Assembly (NCBI RefSeq): GCF_019459675.1 | Contig: NZ_JAIBFH010000435.1 | Span: forward strand, 1-40,599 | DNA from: Arenimonas sp. | GTDB taxonomy: Bacteria; Pseudomonadota; Gammaproteobacteria; Xanthomonadales; Xanthomonadaceae | DNA length: 40,599 bases | Direction: 5' to 3' | Part shown: positions 28,755-37,212 of the stretch, one piece after another | Layout of the letters: each line of letters opens with the position of its first letter | Numbering within the stretch: the stretch's first letter is position 1 | Notes under the pieces: generated by a model | Database searches by the model: none | What the model was told of the DNA's origin: nothing | What the model saw: only the letters and a program-made list of their open reading frames with translations | Made by a program: the position numbers and the translations under genes

Positions 28755-29642
28755 ATGATCGGCCGAATGTTGAAGCACGGCCTGCTGGGCCTGCTGATGG
28801 TGGTGGCGGCCGTGCTGCTGGTCCGCCAGGGCCTGGTGCCGCTGGCCGCGGCGGCATTCGCGCCGGAGCCGGCGACGCTGAGCCTGCTGCGCCGCACCGG
28901 CATTTTCCTGGCCGTGCTGCTGGCCTACGCGGCGTGGCGGCGCTGGGTGCTGCCGGGTCCCGCGCCGGACCTGCGTTTTCGTCCGCTGGCGGTGATGGCC
29001 GGTGGCCTGGGCGGTGCGGCGCACATCTCGGTGGTCACGCTGGCGGGGTTCGCCGCCGGGTACTACGTGGTGGTGGCGGCGCCGGGCGGCTCGCCGGCGC
29101 TGCTGGGCGTGGCGGGCCTGATCCTCATCGCGGCCTTCATGGAAGAAGTCGTCTACCGCGGCGTGCTGTTCGGCACCCTGGAAGACGGGCTGGGCAGCAC
29201 TGCGGCGATGTGGCTGCAGTCGCTGGTGTTCGCGGCGATGCACCTGTCCAACGCGCCCGCCAGCAACATGGAGCTGGCCACCACGATGGTCGCAGGCACG
29301 CTGATCGGCGCCCTCTGGACCGCGCTGTATGCGTGGACGCGCAGCCTGTGGGTGGTGACGGCGCACCACGCTTTCTGGAACTTCGCCATCATCCTCACCG
29401 GCCTGCCGCTTTCTGGCATCAGCGACTGGCGCGCGCTGGCGCCGTTCGAGAGCGCCTATCGCGGCCCGGGCTGGCTGACTGGCGGCGTGTTTGGTCCCGA
29501 AGACGCGTTGCTTTGCCTGGGCGTGGTGGCGATATCGCTGGCCGTTTTCATCCGCCTGGCCAAGCGCAGCGGGCGATGGTTGCCGGCCAGGGTCGGGCGC
29601 GGCGTGCACGGCGCCCCGGCCCCGGTGCGAGCTTCGGCCTGA
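28755..29642 (+). CDS. CPBP (CAAX/Abi) intramembrane glutamic endopeptidase
   Basis: EEVVYRG, FAAMH, HHAFWN, WLTGG.FGPE; multiple TM segments. Start could instead be 28767. Confidence 0.88.
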   Translation: MIGRMLKHGLLGLLMVVAAVLLVRQGLVPLAAAAFAPEPATLSLLRRTGIFLAVLLAYAAWRRWVLPGPAPDLRFRPLAVMAGGLGGAAHISVVTLAGFAAGYYVVVAAPGGSPALLGVAGLILIAAFMEEVVYRGVLFGTLEDGLGSTAAMWLQSLVFAAMHLSNAPASNMELATTMVAGTLIGALWTALYAWTRSLWVVTAHHAFWNFAIILTGLPLSGISDWRALAPFESAYRGPGWLTGGVFGPEDALLCLGVVAISLAVFIRLAKRSGRWLPARVGRGVHGAPAPVRASA

Positions 29643-29686
29643 GCCCCGGCTTGTGTTGTGCGGGCTTCGCATCCACCTTGAAAGGC

Positions 29687-31162
29687 ATGGACGACTCCCT
29701 CCCGGCCGCCGGCGCGCTGCCTTTCGAACACACCTACGCAGCCCTTCCGGCGAAGTTCTGGCAGCGCGTGGACCCCACGCCGGTGAAGGCGCCGCGCCTG
29801 CTGGCGTTCAACGATGCGCTGGCCGCGGAGCTGGGCATCACCCGCGGCGATGATGCCGCCGACGTGTTCGCGGGCAACAAGGTTCCGGTGGGCGCGCTGC
29901 CGCTGGCCATGGCCTATGCGGGCCACCAGTTCGGCCACTTCGTGCCGCAGCTGGGCGACGGCCGCGCCATCCTGCTGGGTGAATTGATTGATCGCCACGG
30001 CCAGCGCCGCGACCTGCAGCTCAAGGGCGCGGGCCCCACGGCGTTCTCGCGCAACGGCGACGGCCGCGCCGCGATCGGACCGGTGCTGCGCGAGTTCCTG
30101 ATCAGCGAAGCCATGCATGCGATGGGCCTGCCCACCACGCGCTCGCTGGCGGCGGTGGCCACCGGCGAGCACGTATTCCGCGAGGGGCCGGTGCCCGGCG
30201 CGGTGCTGGCGCGCGGGGCGGCCAGCCACGTCCGCGGGGGGACGTTGCAGTTTTTAGCGGCGCGCCGTGCTACCGACGGCGTGCGCCAGCTGGCCGACTA
30301 CGTCATCGCCCGCCACTACCCCGAAGCGGCGCACGCGCCGCGGCCGTACCTGGCCCTGCTCGAAGCCGTGGCGCGCCGGCAGGCGGCGCTGGTGGCGCAG
30401 TGGCAGCACGTGGGCTTCATCCACGGGGTGATGAACACCGACAACACCACGCTGTCGGGCGAAACCATCGACTACGGCCCCTGCGCCTTCCTGGACGACT
30501 ACGACCCGGGCAAGGTGTTCAGCTCGATCGACCGCGCCGGCCGCTATTCGTTTTCCAACCAGCCGGCCCTGGTGCGCTGGAACGTGGCGCGCCTGGCCGA
30601 GACGCTGCTGGCGCTGATCGACGCCGATGGCGAGGTGGCGCTGGCCGAGGCCAGTGCGGTGATCGAGGCAATGCCTGCATGGTCGGAGGCGTCGTGGCTG
30701 GACGGCATGCGCGCCAAGCTGGGCCTGTCGAGCGCCGAAGACGGCGACCAGGCGCTGGCGCAGGACCTGCTGGAGGCCATGCGCGCCGTGGCCGCCGACT
30801 ACACGCTGGTGTTCCGCGCGCTGGCCGAGGCTGCGCAAGGTCGCGAACCCGAGGGCCTGCTGGCCCTGCCGCGCTCGCCCGCGTTCGACGCGTGGCGGGC
30901 GCGCTGGCGGCACCGCCTGGCCAGCGATCCGCGCACGGCCGCCGTGCGCGCCGCGGCGATGCGCATGGCGAACCCGGCCGTCATTCCGCGCAACCACCGC
31001 GTGCACGAAGCCCTGGTCGCCGCCGAGCAGGGCGACCTGGCGCCGTTCGAAGCGCTGCTGGCCGCCATCCGCCGGCCCTGGGACGACACGCCGGCATCGC
31101 GTCCCTTCATGGTCCCGCCCGAACCCGGACAGCGCGTGCTGCAGACCTTCTGCGGTACCTGA
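29687..31162 (+). CDS. selO: Protein adenylyltransferase SelO (YdiU)
   Basis: YAGHQFG...PQLGDGRA, QLKGAG.T.FSR.GDGRA, GFIHGVMNTDN, IDYGP, IPRNH, C-terminal TFCGT. Confidence 0.95.
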   Translation: MDDSLPAAGALPFEHTYAALPAKFWQRVDPTPVKAPRLLAFNDALAAELGITRGDDAADVFAGNKVPVGALPLAMAYAGHQFGHFVPQLGDGRAILLGELIDRHGQRRDLQLKGAGPTAFSRNGDGRAAIGPVLREFLISEAMHAMGLPTTRSLAAVATGEHVFREGPVPGAVLARGAASHVRGGTLQFLAARRATDGVRQLADYVIARHYPEAAHAPRPYLALLEAVARRQAALVAQWQHVGFIHGVMNTDNTTLSGETIDYGPCAFLDDYDPGKVFSSIDRAGRYSFSNQPALVRWNVARLAETLLALIDADGEVALAEASAVIEAMPAWSEASWLDGMRAKLGLSSAEDGDQALAQDLLEAMRAVAADYTLVFRALAEAAQGREPEGLLALPRSPAFDAWRARWRHRLASDPRTAAVRAAAMRMANPAVIPRNHRVHEALVAAEQGDLAPFEALLAAIRRPWDDTPASRPFMVPPEPGQRVLQTFCGT

Positions 31163-31309
31163 GGCGCCAGCCCCATGCATTGACCGAACGCCAGGGCATC
31201 GCGGCGGGCGTCGCCCCGGGGCCGCAGTTGATGCAGGTCAATGGTCGCCGGCGCGCGGCCGCGCAGACTGGGGCTCAGACCCCATCGGCCCATTGGCCAG
31301 AGGAACACC

Positions 31310-31807
31310 ATGATCCGCTACGTATCGGGCGACCTGCTCAAGAGCCAGGCCCAGGCCATCGCCCACGGCGTTGCTCCCAACGATGATTTCGGCCAGGGCC
31401 TGGCCCATTCCCTGCGCGAGCAGCAGCCGGCGATGTACAAGGACTTCCGCCACTACTGCCAGACCCAGCATCCCAAGGCCGGCGGTCTGTGGACCTGGGC
31501 CGGTGCGCAGGGGCCGCGCATCGTGGCGCTGTTCACCCAGGAAGGCAGCTACGACCACGGCGCCAAGCCGGGCAAGGCCTCCGCGGCCAATATCAACCAC
31601 GCGCTCAAAGCGCTGGTGGCCGAAGCCGCACGCGAAGGCTGGACCAGCCTGGCCCTGCCGCGCCTGGCGACCGGCGTGGGCGGCATGGACTGGAGCGAGG
31701 TGAAGCCGCTGTTGGAACACCACCTGGGCGAGCTGGCGATCCCGGTGCTGGTGTACGAAACCTTCCACGCCGGCGAACAGGCCGATGAGCCGTTGACTGC
31801 GGCCTGA
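31310..31807 (+). CDS. Macro domain protein (Poa1p/TARG1/DarG-like branch)
   Basis: IRYVSGDLL, AIAHGV...FGQGLA, SLALPRLATGVGGMDW.EV..L; AGGA RBS. Confidence 0.88.
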   Translation: MIRYVSGDLLKSQAQAIAHGVAPNDDFGQGLAHSLREQQPAMYKDFRHYCQTQHPKAGGLWTWAGAQGPRIVALFTQEGSYDHGAKPGKASAANINHALKALVAEAAREGWTSLALPRLATGVGGMDWSEVKPLLEHHLGELAIPVLVYETFHAGEQADEPLTAA

Positions 31808-31830
31808 CCGGCAACCGTTCAAGGCAGAAC

Positions 31831-31863
31831 GCCCGGCTGCAGGCGCCTGCACCGGGCTTTTTG
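31831..31863 (+). terminator. Rho-independent terminator after the macrodomain gene
   Basis: GCCCGG-c-TGCAGGCGCCTGCA-CCGGGC hairpin followed by TTTTT. Confidence 0.7.
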
Positions 31864-31920
31864 CATTGTTCCGACAGGTATGGCGTGCGCAAGGGGCGTT
31901 TGATCGCGGCTTTGCGGGCT

Positions 31921-31936
31921 TGGCATGCAACGTGCA
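31921..31936 (+). promoter_or_regulatory. Sigma-54 (-24/-12) promoter of the DUF3309 gene
   Basis: TGGCATGCAACGTGCA: GG-N10-GC, about 35 nt upstream of ATG31970. Confidence 0.6.
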
Positions 31937-31969
31937 GTGGGTTAATCACCCAACCAAGGAGTTCCATCC

Positions 31970-32128
31970 ATGTCCCTGTCCATGATCCTGCTGATCGTCC
32001 TCATCCTGCTGTTGGTCGGTGCGCTTCCGACCTGGGGCCACAGCCGGAGCTGGGGCTACGGCCCGAGCGGCGGCCTGGGCCTGGTGGTGCTGATCATCAT
32101 CGTGCTGTTGGTGATGGGTCGTATCTGA
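31970..32128 (+). CDS. DUF3309 family small membrane protein (52 aa, not in the ORF track)
   Basis: MSLSMILLIVLILLLVGALPTWGHSRSWGYGPSGGLGLVVLIIIVLLVMGRI; AAGGAG RBS. Confidence 0.92.
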   Translation: MSLSMILLIVLILLLVGALPTWGHSRSWGYGPSGGLGLVVLIIIVLLVMGRI

Positions 32129-32169
32129 CCCGCTGGTGATGCGCCCCCAGAGGCGCACGTCAAACCCTG

Positions 32170-32199
32170 AGGGGCGGCCATGGCCGCCCCTTTCTTTTT
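32170..32199. terminator. Terminator hairpin between the convergent DUF3309 and DUF3297 genes
   Basis: AGGGGCGGCCATGGCCGCCCCT palindrome followed by TTCTTTTT. Confidence 0.8.
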
Positions 32200-32220
32200 G
32201 CAACGCCATCGCCCGACGGC

Positions 32221-32472
32221 TCAGCCGGTGGGCGCGCTGTCCAGGAACCACACTTCCACTTCGCCGCTGGTCTTGATGGTCATGGCGTTGGCGTGGCGGT
32301 CAAGCGACTTGCCCACGGGCAACCGTACCCAACCTTCGGAGATGCAGTATTCCTCGACGTTGTTGCGCTCGACGCCCTTGAAGCGCACGCCGATGCCGCG
32401 TTCGAGCACGGCGCCGTCGTAGAACGGGCTGCGCGGGTTGACGGAAAGGCGGTCGGGAAGCGTGGTGCTCAT
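32221..32472 (-). CDS. DUF3297 family protein
   Basis: LPDRLS.NPRSPFYD...LERG.GVRF.G.E..NVEEYCISEGW. Confidence 0.9.
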   Translation of the reverse strand: MSTTLPDRLSVNPRSPFYDGAVLERGIGVRFKGVERNNVEEYCISEGWVRLPVGKSLDRHANAMTIKTSGEVEVWFLDSAPTG

Positions 32473-32531
32473 GGCGGGATCCTTGGCGAGAGGGCGACAT
32501 GATAACGCGCCGTCGAGGTTAGACTTGCGGC

Positions 32532-32912
32532 ATGAGCCAGAGCGCACTCAACGTACTGGGCCGCCCGCTGCTGCCCTGCGGCACCGAGCCGATGACGGGT
32601 TATTTCCGCGACGGCTGCTGCCGCACCGACGCCAGCGACCGCGGGCTGCACGTGGTGTGCGCAGTGATGACGTCCGAGTTCCTGGCGTTTTCGCTGCACC
32701 GCGGCAACGACCTTTCCACGCCGCGCCCGGAGTTCGATTTCCCTGGCCTGCGTCCGGGGGATCGCTGGTGCCTGTGTGCGAACCGCTGGCTGGAGGCGTG
32801 GATGGAGGGCAAGGCGCCGCGCGTGGTGCTGCAGGCCACGCACCTGAACGCTTTGGGCGTGGTGACGCTGGACCAGCTGCGGCAACTGGCCGTGGACTCC
32901 TCCCTCCCCTGA
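32532..32912 (+). CDS. DUF2237 family protein
   Basis: NVLG..L..C..EPMTGYFRDGCC, H.VCA, GNDLSTP.PE..FPGL.PGDRWCLCA.RW. Confidence 0.93.
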   Translation: MSQSALNVLGRPLLPCGTEPMTGYFRDGCCRTDASDRGLHVVCAVMTSEFLAFSLHRGNDLSTPRPEFDFPGLRPGDRWCLCANRWLEAWMEGKAPRVVLQATHLNALGVVTLDQLRQLAVDSSLP

Positions 32913-32919
32913 GATGCCT

Positions 32920-32962
32920 TGCAAAATGCATGGCCCGGCCCTGGGGATTCATGCAAACTGCA
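32920..32962. promoter_or_regulatory. Paired TGCA-N3-TGCA sites (candidate upstream activating sequence)
   Basis: TGCAAAATGCA (32920-32930) and TGCAAACTGCA (32952-32962), upstream of a sigma-54 promoter. Confidence 0.5.
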
Positions 32963-33017
32963 ATGTAAGTTGCCCGCAGCAAGTGGGGCCGCCCTAGCCT
33001 GCAGGCCTGCGTGGGGG

Positions 33018-33033
33018 TGGCACGGGCCTTGCA
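33018..33033 (+). promoter_or_regulatory. Sigma-54 promoter of algB
   Basis: TGGCACGGGCCTTGCA, an exact TGGCAC-N5-TTGCW consensus. Confidence 0.8.
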
Positions 33034-33063
33034 CCGTCTTCGGCACCCCCCTTGGAGTTTCCC

Positions 33064-34431
33064 TTGGCCGAATCCGTCTCCAGCCCCATAGGTCGAATCC
33101 TCGCGATCGACGACGACGCTCGACTGCTCGAGAGCTTCGGCATGTGCCTCGAAGGGGCCGGCTATCGCGTGTCCACGGCCGCCACGCTGCAGGCGGGCAT
33201 GAAGCTGGCCGCCGCCCAGCCGTTCCACGTGTGCCTGCTTGACCGGAACATCGGCCACGAGTCGGGCATGGACGGGCTGCCGCGGCTGCGTGAGCTGGCG
33301 CCGCAGATGCGCATCATCATGGTCACGGCCCACTCGCGGGTGGACGATGCGGTGAAGGCGCTGTCGGAAGGCGCCAGCGATTACCTGGTGAAGCCCTGCT
33401 CGCCCGAGCAGCTGCGCATCGCGGTGGCGCGCCAGATGGACACGATGCGCCTGCTCGACAAGATCGAGCGCCTGGAGCGCGAAGTCGAGCCCAGTGCGGC
33501 AGTGGACCTGAAAAGCAAAAGCCCGGCGATGGCGCAGGTGCTGGCGATGGCCCGGCAAGTGTCCGCCACCGACGCCAACCTGCTGCTGCTGGGCGAAAGC
33601 GGCACCGGCAAGGGCGTGCTGGCCAACGCCATCCACCAGTGGAGCCGGCGCGCACAGGCGCCGTTTGCCACCATCAACTGCCCGTCGCTTTCGGCCGAGC
33701 TGATGGAAAGCGAACTGTTCGGCCACGCCAAGGGCTCGTTCACCGGCGCCACCCAGAGCACGCAGGGCCGCGTCAGCAACGCCGACGGCGGCACGCTGTT
33801 CCTGGACGAGGTGGGTGATTTCCCGCTGGCGCTGCAGCCCAAGCTGCTGCGCTTCATCCAGGACAAGGAATACGAGCGCATCGGCGACCCGGGTACGCGC
33901 CGAGCCGATGTGCGCATCATCTCGGCGACCAACCGCGATCTGGAAGGGATGGTTGCGGACGGGAGCTTCCGGCTGGACCTGCTTTACCGGCTCAACGTGA
34001 TCAGCCTGACGCTGCCGGCGCTGCGCGACCGGCCCGAAGACCTCGAAGACCTTGCGCTGGGCTTCATCGGCCGCTACGCCCGCAGCTACCACCTGCCGGC
34101 CACGCGGCTGGCGCCCGAAGCACTGGCGCGCATGCGCGCCTACCCCTGGCCGGGAAACGTCCGCGAACTGCAGAACGTGATGGAACGCGCGGTGATCCTG
34201 TGCACGGGCGAGGTGATCACGTCCGAGCAACTGGCGCTTGGCGCGCAGAACACCGTTGGCGGCGACGCCGCACCCGCCGCGGTGGCGGGTGCACCCATGA
34301 CCATCAACCTGCTGGAGCGGCGCCACATCGAGGCGGTCCTGGCCGCCAGCGAAACGCTGGATGCCGCCGCGAAAACGCTCGGTATCGACGGGTCCACCCT
34401 GTACCGAAAGCGCAAAGCCTACGGAATCTGA
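33064..34431 (+). CDS. algB: Sigma-54-dependent NtrC-family response regulator, AlgB-like
   Basis: REC domain (IDDD, LLD, VTAHS, KPCSP.QL); AAA+ domain (GESGTGK, INCPSL.AELMESELFGH..GSFTGA, FLDEVGDFP..LQPKLLRFIQDKEYER); Fis-type HTH AAKTLGID.STLYRKRK. These match the Pseudomonas AlgB pattern as I recall it. TTG33064 follows GGAG; alternative start 33052. Confidence 0.88.
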   Translation: MAESVSSPIGRILAIDDDARLLESFGMCLEGAGYRVSTAATLQAGMKLAAAQPFHVCLLDRNIGHESGMDGLPRLRELAPQMRIIMVTAHSRVDDAVKALSEGASDYLVKPCSPEQLRIAVARQMDTMRLLDKIERLEREVEPSAAVDLKSKSPAMAQVLAMARQVSATDANLLLLGESGTGKGVLANAIHQWSRRAQAPFATINCPSLSAELMESELFGHAKGSFTGATQSTQGRVSNADGGTLFLDEVGDFPLALQPKLLRFIQDKEYERIGDPGTRRADVRIISATNRDLEGMVADGSFRLDLLYRLNVISLTLPALRDRPEDLEDLALGFIGRYARSYHLPATRLAPEALARMRAYPWPGNVRELQNVMERAVILCTGEVITSEQLALGAQNTVGGDAAPAAVAGAPMTINLLERRHIEAVLAASETLDAAAKTLGIDGSTLYRKRKAYGI

Positions 34432-34489
34432 AGGAACGACCGCCCCATGCGTGATGCCCGGGCGGGATTCGCAATCTGGAGTGAGGGAC

Positions 34490-35035
34490 GTGCAGCACTT
34501 TGAAAAGCCCAACCATCGATCCGGCGGCGCCACGCGCTCTGCCGTGGAAGTGTTGAAGCCCAGGCTGCTGTCTGGCGTGCTGCTGGCCGTATGGGTGCTG
34601 GCCATCGTTGTCGCCGGCGCCGCCGCGGGGCTGCTGTTCCCGCCCGGTGAGTGGTACCAGCAGTTGGCCAAGCCAACCTGGAACCCGCCGTCGTGGGTGT
34701 TCGGCCCGGTCTGGACGACGCTTTACGTGCTGCTGGGTATTGGCGCGTGGCTGGTGTGGCGCGAGCCGGCCATATCGGCCGAAGAACGCCGGGGCGCATG
34801 GATAGCTTTCGCCGTCCATGCGGTGCTCAACCTGTCCTGGACTGCGCTGTTCTTCGGGCTGAAGCAGCCGGGCCTGGCCTTCGCTGAAATCTGCCTGCTG
34901 TGGGTGGCGCTGCTCTGGATGACGCTGCGCTTCGGCCGGGTGCGCCCGCTCGCGGGCTACCTGCAGGTGCCGCTGGTGCTTTGGGTAAGCTTCGCGCTGG
35001 TGCTCAATGGCACCATCTGGCTGATCAACACCTGA
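34490..35035 (+). CDS. tspO: TspO/MBR tryptophan-rich sensory protein
   Basis: WYQQLAKP.WNPP.WVFGPVWTTLY, LNLSW..LFFG, AGYL..P...W.SFA..LN. Start uncertain. Confidence 0.9.
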   Translation: MQHFEKPNHRSGGATRSAVEVLKPRLLSGVLLAVWVLAIVVAGAAAGLLFPPGEWYQQLAKPTWNPPSWVFGPVWTTLYVLLGIGAWLVWREPAISAEERRGAWIAFAVHAVLNLSWTALFFGLKQPGLAFAEICLLWVALLWMTLRFGRVRPLAGYLQVPLVLWVSFALVLNGTIWLINT

Positions 35036-35067
35036 CCCAGGCCTGCTTCGAGAAACTAGGGGAATCC

Positions 35068-37212
35068 ATGCCGAATCGGCCCGCCACGTTCCGTTATCGG
35101 GTTTATAGCGGCCTGCTGTTCTTTTCCGTCCTTGTGATCCTGGGCACGTCGATACTGTCGCTGCGCACCACGGGCCAGCTGCAGGAGTCGGTGTCGGTTG
35201 CCAGCCACACCGAACAGGTCATCACCCATGTGCATGAATTCTGGGGCGTGGTGGGGAACAGCGAATCCAACGGCCTGCGCTACATCTTTACCGGCGAACC
35301 GCGGTTCCTGGAAGCCTTCCGGACCGACATAGCCGCGATCGACAAATCGTTGAAGCAGCTGACAGCGCTGACGGCCGACAATGCCCAGCAGTCCACCAAG
35401 GTGGACGAGATACGGCGGCTGCACATGGAGCGCGTGGGTTTCGGCACGGCCACCATGGAACTGAAGTCACAGGAAATGGCGGGCAATGCCGCCGCTGGCC
35501 GTGCGGTGAGGGAGCGCCTGGCGAGTGGTGCCGGGGGTACCCTCCGGGAAGACCTGCGGTTGGCAACGGACGCCCTGTTGACCGAGGAGCGCGCACTTCT
35601 GGTGGCACGCAGCCAACAGCGCAACCAGATGATCCGCCAGAACTGGGCCACCGTGCTGATCGCCAACAGCCTGGCGCTGGTGGCCGGCATGGTGGGCTAT
35701 TCCGCCACGCGGCGCATGCAGCGAAACTCACTGGAAGCCTTCCGTGCCGACCTGCAGGCTGAGCAGGCGCGCCGTTCAAGCCAGGACAAGTCTATTTTCC
35801 TGGCCAGCATGAGCCACGAAATCCGCACCCCGATGAATGCCATTTTCGGCTTCACCAACCTGCTCGAGGAAACCGTCACCGACCCCACCCAGGCCGAATA
35901 CCTGGCCTCGATCAAGAAGAGCAGCCAGGCGCTGCTTTCGCTTATCAACGACGTGCTGGACCTGTCGAAGATGGAGGCCGGCAAGTTCGAGTTGCGCGAA
36001 GAGCCCACCGAGCTGCACGAGATCGTCGACCAGACCCTGGTGATGTTCCGGCAGACCGCTGACGCCAAGGGCATCTACCTGCGCGCCGAATACGAAGGCC
36101 GTGCCGAGCAGCCGCTGCTGGTTGACCCGGTGCGCCTGCGCCAGGTGCTGATCAACCTGGTGGGCAACGCCATCAAGTACACCGAGAAAGGCGGTGTGAT
36201 CGTTTACATCTGCTGCGTGCCAAGCGAACTGGACGGCCACTGCGACCTGAAGATCGACGTGGTGGACACCGGCACGGGCATCGCGCCCCACCAGCTGGGC
36301 CTGATCTTCGATCCGTTCGAACAGGGCGACAATCCCGACGGCAAGAGCCGCGAGGGTACCGGCCTGGGGCTGAGCATCGCCCGCCGGTTGGCCACGCTGA
36401 TGGGTGGCGAGCTGGGCGCGCAAAGCAAGCTGGGCGAGGGCTCGCGGTTCACCATGAACATGCCGCGCCGCGCGCTGCATCTTTCCTCCGTCAGCCAGAA
36501 GCCGACGGCCGGGGCGGAGGTTGATTTCGACCGGCTGCCGCCGCTGGAGGTGCTGGTGGTGGACGACGTGGCGTGGAACCGCGACCTTGCGCTGGCTTAC
36601 CTGAGCGGAAGCCATCACACGGTGCGCGAGGCAGGTGACGGTGTCGAGGCGCTGGAAAAAATAAAGGAAAAGGCGCCCGATGTGGTGTTGATGGACCTGC
36701 GCATGCCCCGCATGTCGGGCGAGCAGGCGATGTTGAAAATAAAGTCCGACCCCCAAATCGCCCAGCTGCCGGTGATCGCGGTTACGGCGTCCAGCATGCG
36801 GGAGGATGAGAGTGCGGTGCGCCGGCGTTTCGACGGTTTGGTCCGCAAACCCTATTCCAAGGCCGACCTGTTCGAGAGTCTGGCCAGGCACTTCCCGGCC
36901 AAGCCGCTCGCGGCGGCAATGCGCACGTCCGAAGCGGCGTCGCCGGAATTGCCGGGCCCGCGCGTGCGCGACGAGGCGGCCCTGGCCAGCTTCCAGCGGT
37001 TGCTGGACCAGCGCATGGCCGGCATGCGTGCGTCCTTGCGCATGCGTGAGATCAGCCATGTGGCCACCGAGCTGGCGGAGTTGGCGGAGGCCCTGCAGTG
37101 GCCGGCGCTGGCCGCACACGCGCAGGCACTGGCGGGCGCGGTGGATCGCTTCGACGTGCCGGAGGTAAAGCGTTTGCTCGACGCCACGCCTCAGCCTGGG
37201 GATATGCCATGA
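35068..37212 (+). CDS. Hybrid sensor histidine kinase (TM-CHASE3-like-TM-HisKA-HATPase-REC)
   Basis: Two TM segments flanking a periplasmic helical sensor (SESNGLRYIFTG.P.FLE); FLASMSHEIRTPMN, NLVGNAIKYT, DTGTGI, GTGLGL; REC VVDD..LMDLRMP..KP. Confidence 0.92.
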   Translation: MPNRPATFRYRVYSGLLFFSVLVILGTSILSLRTTGQLQESVSVASHTEQVITHVHEFWGVVGNSESNGLRYIFTGEPRFLEAFRTDIAAIDKSLKQLTALTADNAQQSTKVDEIRRLHMERVGFGTATMELKSQEMAGNAAAGRAVRERLASGAGGTLREDLRLATDALLTEERALLVARSQQRNQMIRQNWATVLIANSLALVAGMVGYSATRRMQRNSLEAFRADLQAEQARRSSQDKSIFLASMSHEIRTPMNAIFGFTNLLEETVTDPTQAEYLASIKKSSQALLSLINDVLDLSKMEAGKFELREEPTELHEIVDQTLVMFRQTADAKGIYLRAEYEGRAEQPLLVDPVRLRQVLINLVGNAIKYTEKGGVIVYICCVPSELDGHCDLKIDVVDTGTGIAPHQLGLIFDPFEQGDNPDGKSREGTGLGLSIARRLATLMGGELGAQSKLGEGSRFTMNMPRRALHLSSVSQKPTAGAEVDFDRLPPLEVLVVDDVAWNRDLALAYLSGSHHTVREAGDGVEALEKIKEKAPDVVLMDLRMPRMSGEQAMLKIKSDPQIAQLPVIAVTASSMREDESAVRRRFDGLVRKPYSKADLFESLARHFPAKPLAAAMRTSEAASPELPGPRVRDEAALASFQRLLDQRMAGMRASLRMREISHVATELAELAEALQWPALAAHAQALAGAVDRFDVPEVKRLLDATPQPGDMP

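Noticed and set aside
27739-29642. CPBP 'Abi' protease as an abortive-infection gene
   Set aside because: The Abi label for this family is historical, and the context (divergent LysR) gives no support for defence.
28112-29686. 1016-aa ORF suggesting an N-terminally extended SelO
   Set aside because: The extension overlaps the LysR (antisense) and CPBP (other frame) genes. It is a GC-rich open-frame artefact, and the real start is ATG29687.
30205-30275. Divergent SelO segment (RGAASHVRGGTLQFL versus the usual RVA.SH.RVGTFQ.F)
   Set aside because: Clustered changes, several of them T-to-G-like and with atypical codons (TTT TTA), point to a low-coverage consensus error rather than a new variant.
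31310-31807. Macrodomain as the DarG antitoxin of a DarTG system
   Set aside because: No darT neighbour, no DarG C-terminal domain, and the catalytic Lys position reads Gln.
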